Part shown: positions 35,901-43,580 of the stretch, in pieces
Position numbering within the stretch: the stretch's first letter is position 1
Layout: every line of letters starts with the position of its first letter
Source of the DNA: Candidatus Omnitrophota bacterium
GTDB lineage: Bacteria > Omnitrophota > Gorgyraeia > Tantalellales > Tantalellaceae
Assembly (NCBI GenBank): GCA_043823005.1
Contig: JBDRBG010000030.1
Location: 1-56,457 of the forward strand
DNA length: 56,457 nucleotides
Reading direction: 5' to 3'
Made by a program: the position numbers and the translations under genes
Notes under the pieces: model-generated
Told to the model about the DNA's origin: nothing
Seen by the model: only the letters and a program-made list of their open reading frames with translations
Database searches by the model: none

Positions 35901-38551
35901 TGCACGAGTACAACGACGTTATGACTCGACTTTTTAGGATAACAAGCGAAATCGTAGAAGATCCATTTGTCGCGGCCAGGGAGCAATTAAATCAAATTGC
36001 AATTGAAATATATGAAAAAAATATCAAGAGTTTTAGCTATATGTCTTTACAGGAATTATTAGAAGCAAGCAGTTCGTTTAATCGCTTAGATGCATTCCTG
36101 AAAGATGATAAATCCGGCTTGAAAGATGCAGATGTGAGGGATTTGCTTGAAACTCAGATAGGCGCAGAGAGTGTTCCCGCGGCTGTAAAGATGCTGGAAG
36201 ATAGTGGAAGTATTGGAATCGTCTTGGATAATTATGGTGAACTTTTAATAGATTTAATGTTAACCGGCCAATTGCTCGCAAAAGGGAAGAATGTTAAGTT
36301 GTTCACTCGCAGTAGACCATTTATGATATCAGATGTAACATCATATGGGCTTTTGGGTTTTCTGGGAAGGATGGACAGAATCCTCGGGATGGAAAAGGTC
36401 TTATCGATCTTAAGGAAAAGTCATAAAAATGGAAAACTAAAGATCATCGCTACTGATGCCTTTTCAGATGGAGAGGAATTGTATTCTGAGGATAAAATGT
36501 CGGTGTTAAGGGAATTCGAAGATCTAGATGTAACGATAATAAAAGGAGATTGGAATTATAAAAGTGCCATTGGAATGAAAAATTGGCAGAGTGAAGATCC
36601 ACTGGAAGAGACAGATCTAAAATATTTTCCAACAGATGTAATAGTACTTAGAGTTGTGAAATCTCCGATTATAGTCGGAGAAAATACACCTAAAGATCCT
36701 GCTGAGTTATTTGGAAAATCTGAAATCAAGGTTTACTCGCAAAAGACCATAGAAGACAAGATCAGGTATATGCAGGAAAACAAAAGCGTTGAAAAAATGC
36801 TTAATGGTACTTTTGTTGTTAAAGATCATCATATTCATTTGGCTCCGACACGAGTTGAAACTTTCATGGAATTAGCTGAAAAAAATAGAAATATTATATT
36901 ATGGAATGATATTGAAAAAGAATGTGGTGTTGATATGAAAGATATCATTGATAGGGGAGATGTTGGCGAGTTAGAAACTGTATTACAAGTATCGAAAAAT
37001 AACGATCTTAAAGATTATCGAACAAAATATTCTATAGTGCAAAGAGCAATGGTAACAATGGACGATGTTGAGAGGGTGGCTTTTGAGATAGGGCAAGATT
37101 GCTACAGTAGCGGAGGGCAATATTGTGAAATCAGATTTGCAGCAGAAGATCCTAAAGTTATGATAGAGAAGATCCTTGCAAGTTATAATGGGCTCATGAA
37201 AGTGTCGGAGATGTACCCGAACTTTGAGTTTGGATTTTTGATAACACTTGAAAAGAGCTTAGATGAGGAAGATGCCGTAGCCATGATAGCTGAACTGGTC
37301 AGGTTTAAAATGGATACTAGCGTTTCTGAGGATATTCGTCGCCGCGTGGTGGGTGTAGATGCCGCAGGAAAAGAAAAGGGATTTAATGCGATGAAATTTA
37401 AGGGAGCTTTTGAAGCTGCCGGGAAATCGGGGCTTTTCGATGTTATCACTTCTCATGCAGGAGAGTCTTTCGGAAGCCTTGAGGAGGGGATACTTGCCAT
37501 AGAAGAGGCCATCGAGGTGTTGGGGGTTAATAGAATAGGGCATAGTATTGCCGCCGGAATTGACCCGGGAATCTTTTTGGGAAAAACAGATGAGTATGGT
37601 GAAGAATATGATGAAGAAAGGGTTATTAAATTATGGAAGATGCAGAATGGACTATTAAAAAAGATAAAGGAACGTGGAATATCTATCGAAATAAATATAT
37701 CAAGCAATCTTAAGACTGGAGCAGTATCAGATATTTCGGAACATCCAATTTCTGCTTTTCTTAAGGAAGGTATCTTGGTGTTAATGGGAACAGATGCACC
37801 CTTGGTGGCAAATATAGATATTTCCAAAGAAATTGATAAACTGCTCACCAGCATTAACTCTAATAGTAGATTAGAAGAAGTGGTATTTGCTAATGGAGAT
37901 GAAATAGAAGAGGCAACAAAAGAGGTAGTCCAAAGCGCTGCAGAAGTAAGGCATTATTTGTCTTTTCAGGAAATTGATCTATTGAACAATTCTCCACTTG
38001 TTGTTATAAAAAAAGATTTTATAGATCGACTATATAAGGAGACCCCTCTGGGAATATTGATGAATGATGGTTATAAAAAAACATTGCAAAAATTGAGAAA
38101 AATGCTGGGTCCGGACAACTTTATTGTTGCAGATGAAGATTTCAAGTTAGATGCGTTTATTGAGAAATCTGTCGCAGGAGGGCGAAAAATAATTATTTTA
38201 GATGATGGTGCTTTAAGTGAACGATATGCAAATACGGGAATAAAAGGAGAGCCGGGGAAGGATTATGTTTTCATGGTTCCCGGGACATCCCTTGATATTA
38301 GAAAAGATGCTGTGGAGTTTGTAGACATTACGGCTCTGGTATTGCTGGGGATCGGCATAATGGACGAAGATGACATGCTGTGTAGGATCGCATATAAAAA
38401 GTTTACAGGAGAAGAGATCACTAAAGAACTGCTATTATCTATACTGACAGGCAAATTAGAAACTATAAATATTTTGCCCAGGATTATAGCCATAAGCTCT
38501 GATGTTGATTGTAGTAGAAGTATGATGAGATTATTTGAGATAGCAGCTTAA
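32960..38551 (+). CDS. 1863-aa multi-enzyme fusion: signal/anchor, radical SAM, nucleotidyltransferase, helical repeats, DUF89 (ARMT1-like phosphatase), adenosine-deaminase-like amidohydrolase, and a C-terminal alpha/beta module
   Basis: N-terminal hydrophobic segment KVTILTVVCLLYLHTIVGALA. Radical SAM CxxxCxxC (CNNKCTMC, nt 33359-33382) with GGGDPL (33491-33508) and a downstream Cys-rich region (CC...C..C, to about 34280). Pol-beta NTase motif GS-x10-DFD (34673-34717). LRV/HEAT-like repeats at aa about 800-920. DUF89 motifs IVLDNYGELLIDL (DN at 36227), RPFMISDVT and KGDWNY (36542-36559). Amidohydrolase motifs HHIH (36827-36838), SHAGES (37451-37468), RIGHS (37532-) and TDAP (37790-37801). 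The C-terminal ~170 aa are unassigned. Confidence 0.8.
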   Translation: MKNPINKRKICLKVTILTVVCLLYLHTIVGALAPEVRSGTFNFKTRFLNEANSRHSLSPIVDTVSGRKDSSIVANYNAWDGMIIFQADKVSIFQENASKFCPEDPGAFISALRQFVNTGKLSPMRVDIDITNICNNKCTMCFSADFQKKHPVIIPKNKMIKILEDLKTIGVKSLRLTGGGDPLTHPDFICFVENAYKRGFKLTLETNGDGLNNGIIETISRCFTHVRVSVDSAVDSTRQLVHQPKRKGATYARLLENLNKIKAEKERIGRHNELLIGATFLILPENYSEVYAFADEMKNAGVDWIAVRKTFKEDYYDEHPEHLEEALTQIKEARVVLESPDFKIVGPYGVSRTPKEDFKECLIAGTRLVIVANSHISLCCLLRSGVNVDAIDLGEIGEENTPVIKLLDEKKEQIGDFFNKAPAFCNVCIDVDFNHFLNRIKDFLEESQENLFRRMQVFPHSGSEILVGEKGSEDDIVPVFVPYEHFRKFNDGETISFNMDEIVRTSKKIDPFLARIARFYHLERILIRQQSVSKEATQSKKISEQYSDLDFSILKRLSEQYLKPTTQILVSGSVARRQSNFYSDFDLFIVEETSNDPGIGPFLSALKTVTGKEIQDYHALKEQMRHLYFNYPYDRMMINDTRPLDSTKSLSGILGISREEIETKDAEIALFFLIGNVVAEKKSKGKRDEDIDIKHDAGLFKYFSFFLASLNYLSIPLKNEDEQFIEEHYRIVLSFREKVQRFYGKETRIVGEKFLENSEDKFIEELKACMESTVKLVNSYVPLIFQKLQQKLPGLAGEDLMQILNIIKEGKEVEFSENTPEAVLSMLAAFSENELIQIRLYQIARKKSSWSTLYFLARNEKCPYEIVVKLAQMDGYVNRDIRYEAAKNPNADENVWKKLMTDIHLPIAKYCRKKLGRELPLVKRKTLVVERDKPDHWQREIMKTYNIVFNIIGKESTNETIRSQFEKAKMRFDEFWESSSVHEYNDVMTRLFRITSEIVEDPFVAAREQLNQIAIEIYEKNIKSFSYMSLQELLEASSSFNRLDAFLKDDKSGLKDADVRDLLETQIGAESVPAAVKMLEDSGSIGIVLDNYGELLIDLMLTGQLLAKGKNVKLFTRSRPFMISDVTSYGLLGFLGRMDRILGMEKVLSILRKSHKNGKLKIIATDAFSDGEELYSEDKMSVLREFEDLDVTIIKGDWNYKSAIGMKNWQSEDPLEETDLKYFPTDVIVLRVVKSPIIVGENTPKDPAELFGKSEIKVYSQKTIEDKIRYMQENKSVEKMLNGTFVVKDHHIHLAPTRVETFMELAEKNRNIILWNDIEKECGVDMKDIIDRGDVGELETVLQVSKNNDLKDYRTKYSIVQRAMVTMDDVERVAFEIGQDCYSSGGQYCEIRFAAEDPKVMIEKILASYNGLMKVSEMYPNFEFGFLITLEKSLDEEDAVAMIAELVRFKMDTSVSEDIRRRVVGVDAAGKEKGFNAMKFKGAFEAAGKSGLFDVITSHAGESFGSLEEGILAIEEAIEVLGVNRIGHSIAAGIDPGIFLGKTDEYGEEYDEERVIKLWKMQNGLLKKIKERGISIEINISSNLKTGAVSDISEHPISAFLKEGILVLMGTDAPLVANIDISKEIDKLLTSINSNSRLEEVVFANGDEIEEATKEVVQSAAEVRHYLSFQEIDLLNNSPLVVIKKDFIDRLYKETPLGILMNDGYKKTLQKLRKMLGPDNFIVADEDFKLDAFIEKSVAGGRKIIILDDGALSERYANTGIKGEPGKDYVFMVPGTSLDIRKDAVEFVDITALVLLGIGIMDEDDMLCRIAYKKFTGEEITKELLLSILTGKLETINILPRIIAISSDVDCSRSMMRLFEIAA

Positions 38552-38574
38552 TAAAAATGAGAAACTGATCGATA

Positions 38575-41500
38575 ATGAAGAATTGGAAAAAATTTGGACT
38601 TTTGACGAAAAGTATAGCTATAAGCGTTATATGCTTATTGCTTTTTAATGATGCATTGATTGCAGAGGGCTTCAGGAAAGGCAAAAAAACTCTGCAGCCG
38701 CCTACTATTTTTACTGTACCGGATGAAAAGGACACATTTTTTATTGCGATAAGTGGATATTTAGGATTTTATCTTGTTGATATCGAGAATGAACCTGAAA
38801 ACTGCAATGTGTTACGGATGAGAAATAGGGTAAGAGCGGCGGTAAAAGATATACAGGCAGTAAAAGGCATACCGGACAAAGTGAAAAACAAAATCCCCAA
38901 AATATCATATGATCAAGATGGATTCGTACTAGTGATCGATTTCGATGAGTTTACGGTGCGATATTTTAATCACAATCTTGCAGATTCAGAGATCTTTTGG
39001 GAACCCGGGCAAGAAGCGAATTATTATGTATCAGAAACGTGTAAAGGGAAATACCTGACAAGACAGATTATTACCCAAAGATCTTTGCTTTCATCGGGAA
39101 AACCAGTAGGTGAAACAGGAAAAGGATCTTCAGCATTAGGAGCAACCTCGATAGCCGGGGATGAAGCTTCAGAGGTATTGAATCTCTCTAGCCTGACTCA
39201 AGGATTGTTTGAATTTGATCTTCGCGCTGTGGAGATCGCGTTGAGTTATTTTAAACCCAATGTTGATATCGATCAGCTTGAAAATCAATTGATGAAGGTT
39301 GAAGGGGTTAGCCTTATACGATGGGTAGATAATGTCTTAACAATTGTCGGAAATAGTGAAATTGTTAAGTTTCATTTAAAAAGTGATGAGATCAATGAGC
39401 GGCTTGGATTAAAGGACAGATTATACATTATGGACGCAGACTTGGAGCAGGATATAACAGTCAAGATATATGCCAGGGATGAGCGTGATGATAAAAGGGG
39501 TATTGGGCCCGTATATATTCTCGGAGTAGTGCGCACTAGCCATGATTCGGGAGCTGTTTTGATAAAAGATGGTGTTGTAATAGGTGCGATTGAAGAAGAA
39601 AGATTGGATATGAATAAACATACACGTGCATATTTTCCAATCTTGGCGACAAGGTATTTATTGGAGGAACAAGGTGTAAAATGGGAACAAGTAAATCATA
39701 TCGCGACCACGTATGATTATAACTGGTTTAGAGATACCCCACACAGTAGAGCTCCTCGTGATCATTTTCACGAAAGATTTGGCTTGCCGGAACTTGCAGA
39801 TGACAAGAAATTATATAATACTGATACGTTGCAAACATTTTTGGAAAGATTAGCTGAGACTTATGGATCTGAATATGTACCCCCGGTTACATTTGTAAAA
39901 CATCACAAAACACATGCTGCAGCCGCGTGGCATACCAGTGGTTTTCCTGAACCTACACTTGCGGTTACTATTGACGGACGTGGCGAAGATGAAGCGACTA
40001 CTGTGTGGCTATGTGCTGAAGGAAAGATGAAAAAAATAAGCTCTGAATCATATATACACTCTCTAGGACATCTTTATTACATAGTTACAAAATATATCGG
40101 ATATAGGAGCCATGATGAGGGGAAAGTAATGGGCTTTGCGCCGTATGGCGCCGCGCGAAATTATGAAGAGGAAGAAAGGGTAGATAAGCTAAGGTTATTA
40201 ATGGATGAGGCTGTTAGCTTTGATACAACAACAGGTCATATACAGCTCGATCAGGATTGTTTTAACTTTTTTACTTTAGAAAACTTCCCTGGAATGGACT
40301 TTTCAGATGGATTTTTAAAAAGGCTTGAAGCGGTTGTGCCGAAGTATCCCAAAAGCATGGCGGGAACAGAACTCGATCCTGATAGAGAAGAACATCGTCC
40401 GTATGCGAATCTTGCGTACGTTCTTCAAGAAAAAGTCGAGGAAAGCATGATCCGTATGCTCGAATATTATTTACAGGAATACCCTGAAACCAAAGGGGTT
40501 AAGCATGTAGTTATGGGAGGCGGATTATCCTTAAATATTGCAGCAAATGGAAAGGTCATTGAATCGGGTGTTGTTGATGCCGATAAGTTCTTTGTCCCGG
40601 CTTTCCCTGCTGATGACGGCACAGCAGTCGGTGCAGCTTTGTCAGTAGCAGAGGAAGAATATGACCTAAATGCCAGAAATATTGTTGCTAAAATATCTCT
40701 AGGGAAGACTTATTCCGATGAGGAGATAAGTTTAACATTGGATAGATATGGTTTGGTTGAAGGAGAAGATTATTTCGCTATGCGGGATGATGTCGCGCTT
40801 GTTGAAACCGTAGCTGAAACTTTAGAAAATAATAGAACAGTAGCCTGGTATCAGGGGGGTGCTGAATTGGGACCCAGAGCTTTAGGAAATAGAAGTATTT
40901 TACACAGATTAGATGATCCTGAAGGGAACCTTAAAGTTAATGAAATAAAGAATCGCGAATACTGGAGGCCATCAGCTTTGTCAATTCAGCAGGAAAGAGC
41001 ATCTGAGTTTCTTGAAGGAATTGCAGTCTCACCATTTATGACTATAGGCTTTAAAGTTAAAGATGAAAAGAGAGACATCATAAGGGCCGGTGTACATTCA
41101 GCCGATGGGACAACTCGTCCACAAACTGTATTCCGTGAAGCAAATCCTATCTATTGGGCCTTGTTGGGGGAAATGGATAAAAGAACCGGTATTCCAGGAG
41201 TTTTAAATACATCTTTTAATAGAAGGGGGCCAATTATAGAAACGCCTGAAGATGCTCTTAACACTCTATATTATGGTCATGGAATCGATCAATTAGCGAT
41301 CGGACATTTTATTGTGAATAGGACCCAGCGCTTGCAGCCGAGTATCTTGAATTTGCAAGATGAACCGACTTTAAGAAAACAATATAAAGATATCATGGAT
41401 GATAATTATGATGTAAGCAAATGGCAACAATTTTCAAGAGATCTAAATCATCTGGTTGAATCACGAGGAGCAGCTCACCAGCATTTTCTGACTGTAAGTT

Positions 41501-42567
41501 CACTTGGTTCAGCCGGTAAAATAGATGTATTAAAAATTCCACTTTGTAAAGAAATGTTCCAAAGAGGCTCGCGTGAAAAAATGATTCCGGAGATGGCTGC
41601 ATACATTCATGAGAGAATAGGTCGCAAAACAAATGCAAATATTGTGATAAGTTCAACTTCTCACGAATATGAGGATGTGGTCATTAGCTTGTTTGAACGA
41701 TTTACTCCACTGGAAATTGTCAGGAATTGGCGAATCATGAAGGGTGATCCAAATGGAGACCTGTCTTGGGGAAATAGGGGAAGAGCACATGGAACCGACA
41801 AGGGAAAATTGTTGATAGTAGCAGGTCTTGATCCTGAAACCCAAAGAGTACAGCCGGAGATAATGATAATCGACAATGCTGAAGTGAAGACATTGTGGGG
41901 AAAAGATAGAATTATTAAAAACGCACAAGAAAAGATAATTCCTCAGCTCGTGCAGACTTTGATCGCTGCTTCGGAAAATATCGCGAAAAAAACACCAAAC
42001 CAAAAAGCTGCAATTTTGATTGACACTGAACTAGCTGAAGTTGGTTTTAGGGATGTTAAAAAAGAAATTGAGAAAATGATTAAACTTCTTGCAAATATTG
42101 AAGGGAATAATGAATATCTTCGTAGTTTCTTGAAAAACCTTGAGATCGTAGTTGGAAAGGGGAAGGATCTTATAAAGAAAAAAGGTAAGGTTAAAGATGA
42201 AAATGTAATAGTTGTAACAACAAAAGAAAATATGCAATATTTTGATGAAGCTTTATACGGAAAAGCCGTAATAGCGGCGATTGACAGAAAAGATTTTCCC
42301 AAAACCGCATATTTACCTTTATTAGAGGTGACATTATTTGCGATCGGAAAATATTTAGGGTGGAATGAGAATAAGATCAAACAACATTACATGAATATTC
42401 CAAATACCATTCCTCTTGAAATGATGGAAAGCGCAAATATTAATGATTTATTCGATGCTAACAAAAGAACTTTTATTATAAAACTGATTCCGAATGCAAT
42501 TGCCTTTGAGAAAAATGAATTAGTTGAGATGATGATGAATATAAGAAAAAGTCTAAGAAATGCATGA
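38575..42567 (+). CDS. 1330-aa NodU/CmcH/TobZ-family carbamoyltransferase flanked by large unknown N- and C-terminal regions
   Basis: Signal-like N-terminus SIAISVICLLLFNDALIA. The carbamoyltransferase core spans aa about 313-917 (nt about 39511-41325). Its motifs are YILGVVRTSHDSGAVLIKDGVVIGAIEEERLDMNKHT, HHKTHAAAA (39901-), VVMGGGLSLNIAANG, FPADDGTAVGAALS, GPRALGNRSIL (40870-), HSADGTTRPQTV and VLNTSFNRRGPIIETPEDAL. It starts 23 nt after the previous stop, on the same strand. Confidence 0.85.
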   Translation: MKNWKKFGLLTKSIAISVICLLLFNDALIAEGFRKGKKTLQPPTIFTVPDEKDTFFIAISGYLGFYLVDIENEPENCNVLRMRNRVRAAVKDIQAVKGIPDKVKNKIPKISYDQDGFVLVIDFDEFTVRYFNHNLADSEIFWEPGQEANYYVSETCKGKYLTRQIITQRSLLSSGKPVGETGKGSSALGATSIAGDEASEVLNLSSLTQGLFEFDLRAVEIALSYFKPNVDIDQLENQLMKVEGVSLIRWVDNVLTIVGNSEIVKFHLKSDEINERLGLKDRLYIMDADLEQDITVKIYARDERDDKRGIGPVYILGVVRTSHDSGAVLIKDGVVIGAIEEERLDMNKHTRAYFPILATRYLLEEQGVKWEQVNHIATTYDYNWFRDTPHSRAPRDHFHERFGLPELADDKKLYNTDTLQTFLERLAETYGSEYVPPVTFVKHHKTHAAAAWHTSGFPEPTLAVTIDGRGEDEATTVWLCAEGKMKKISSESYIHSLGHLYYIVTKYIGYRSHDEGKVMGFAPYGAARNYEEEERVDKLRLLMDEAVSFDTTTGHIQLDQDCFNFFTLENFPGMDFSDGFLKRLEAVVPKYPKSMAGTELDPDREEHRPYANLAYVLQEKVEESMIRMLEYYLQEYPETKGVKHVVMGGGLSLNIAANGKVIESGVVDADKFFVPAFPADDGTAVGAALSVAEEEYDLNARNIVAKISLGKTYSDEEISLTLDRYGLVEGEDYFAMRDDVALVETVAETLENNRTVAWYQGGAELGPRALGNRSILHRLDDPEGNLKVNEIKNREYWRPSALSIQQERASEFLEGIAVSPFMTIGFKVKDEKRDIIRAGVHSADGTTRPQTVFREANPIYWALLGEMDKRTGIPGVLNTSFNRRGPIIETPEDALNTLYYGHGIDQLAIGHFIVNRTQRLQPSILNLQDEPTLRKQYKDIMDDNYDVSKWQQFSRDLNHLVESRGAAHQHFLTVSSLGSAGKIDVLKIPLCKEMFQRGSREKMIPEMAAYIHERIGRKTNANIVISSTSHEYEDVVISLFERFTPLEIVRNWRIMKGDPNGDLSWGNRGRAHGTDKGKLLIVAGLDPETQRVQPEIMIIDNAEVKTLWGKDRIIKNAQEKIIPQLVQTLIAASENIAKKTPNQKAAILIDTELAEVGFRDVKKEIEKMIKLLANIEGNNEYLRSFLKNLEIVVGKGKDLIKKKGKVKDENVIVVTTKENMQYFDEALYGKAVIAAIDRKDFPKTAYLPLLEVTLFAIGKYLGWNENKIKQHYMNIPNTIPLEMMESANINDLFDANKRTFIIKLIPNAIAFEKNELVEMMMNIRKSLRNA

Positions 42568-42724
42568 TCATTAACTTTTGTTCCGTTTGGTTTATTGAAC
42601 TTGTCGAAGAATGACTATGATACACTAAGCGACATCCATAACATTTTATGAATACATGCTTTATGAATCAATTATGCAAATATGTTTGGGGGCATACCAC
42701 ATGGTAGGGATTATCCACCGGACA

Positions 42725-42750
42725 GAATATAGCAGGACAGGGCTATATTC
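42725..42750. terminator. 9-bp-stem hairpin between the convergent carbamoyltransferase and XRE genes
   Basis: GAATATAGC-AGGACAGG-GCTATATTC. There is no clear U-tract on either strand, so terminator function is uncertain. Confidence 0.3.
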
Positions 42751-42754
42751 CCAT

Positions 42755-43234
42755 TCAATTTTTATGATCTGTTTCTAGAACCAGGTAGCGTAATTTCGAA
42801 TAAGTCTTAATGAACTCTTTAAGGAGTTTTTTTACTTCACTAATATATCTGGCATTGGGAATTTCTTTAGAATTGTTTAATTCCTTGATTAGCTTTCCGG
42901 CGAAAGCGTTCGTGATCGCCGGTTTTTTAAGTATTACATTTTCAAATAGTTTTAATTCTTTGCTATTGAGATCGGAGTCCTTGCCGGGAGCGCTTAATGA
43001 ACTATAGTCGGAAAGATTGAGCTTGTGCAGCTTTTCGGCAAAGTACTTCGTTTTTAGTTCTATCTGCAGCGCATGTTCTATTCGTTCGATTATGGCGGGG
43101 GAGGGGAGCTTGCCGTGTTTTTCTATCTGTGTGATATAGACAGGGTTCACTTCGACTTTTTGAGCGAGTTCGTAGACCTTAAGCCCTAATGCCAATCTTT
43201 TATCCCTAATTATCTGTCCCAGGTTTTTTGCCAT
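42755..43234 (-). CDS. XRE-family HTH regulator with a ~100-aa C-terminal extension
   Basis: MAKNLGQIIRDKRLALGLKVYELAQKVEVNPVYITQIEKHGKLPS is a classic HTH_3 domain. I prefer the ATG at 43234 over the TTG at 43264 used by the ORF track. The gene is divergent from xis-int. Confidence 0.8.
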   Translation of the reverse strand: MAKNLGQIIRDKRLALGLKVYELAQKVEVNPVYITQIEKHGKLPSPAIIERIEHALQIELKTKYFAEKLHKLNLSDYSSLSAPGKDSDLNSKELKLFENVILKKPAITNAFAGKLIKELNNSKEIPNARYISEVKKLLKEFIKTYSKLRYLVLETDHKN

Positions 43235-43282
43235 ACCAGAAGTATACTCTAAAAAAACAAACAAATCAATTAGTTTTAAGTG

Positions 43283-43311
43283 TTGACATTTGTGGTTTCT
43301 TGATATATAAT
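43283..43311 (+). promoter_or_regulatory. Perfect-consensus sigma70 promoter driving xis-int
   Basis: TTGACA (43283-43288), an exact 17-nt spacer, then TATAAT (43306-43311). It lies in the 160-bp divergent region between XRE and xis. TTAGTT(T)TAA repeats at 43270 and 43329 flank it. Confidence 0.7.
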
Positions 43312-43394
43312 ACTAACAAGATAGTTAGTTAGTTTAATGTAGCGGTTTGAGCCAAGAAATTTTAAAGAGACGAATAAAAAGAGGAGGGTTTTCG

Positions 43395-43580
43395 ATGGTT
43401 AAAGAAGACTTCATATGGTCGGATGAGATGTGTGAGTTGTGTGGGATCGCCAAGAAAACATTGCAGGATCCCCGGTGGCGGAAGGGTGTGAGGATCCCGG
43501 TAAAGAAATTCGGGAGGTCTCTTGTAGCGGCAAGAGGTGAATTTGCTGAGTGGTTCAACGGTCGGTTAAAAAATGCCTAA
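43395..43580 (+). CDS. xis: Excisionase/AlpA-like small HTH protein
   Basis: 61 aa from the ATG at 43395, with RBS GGAGG 7 nt upstream. The ORF-track start at 43347 is a TTG. MCELCGIAKKTLQDPRWRKGVRIPVKKFGRSLV fits the MerR/excisionase-type HTH. The stop overlaps the int start (ATGCCTAA). Confidence 0.6.
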   Translation: MVKEDFIWSDEMCELCGIAKKTLQDPRWRKGVRIPVKKFGRSLVAARGEFAEWFNGRLKNA

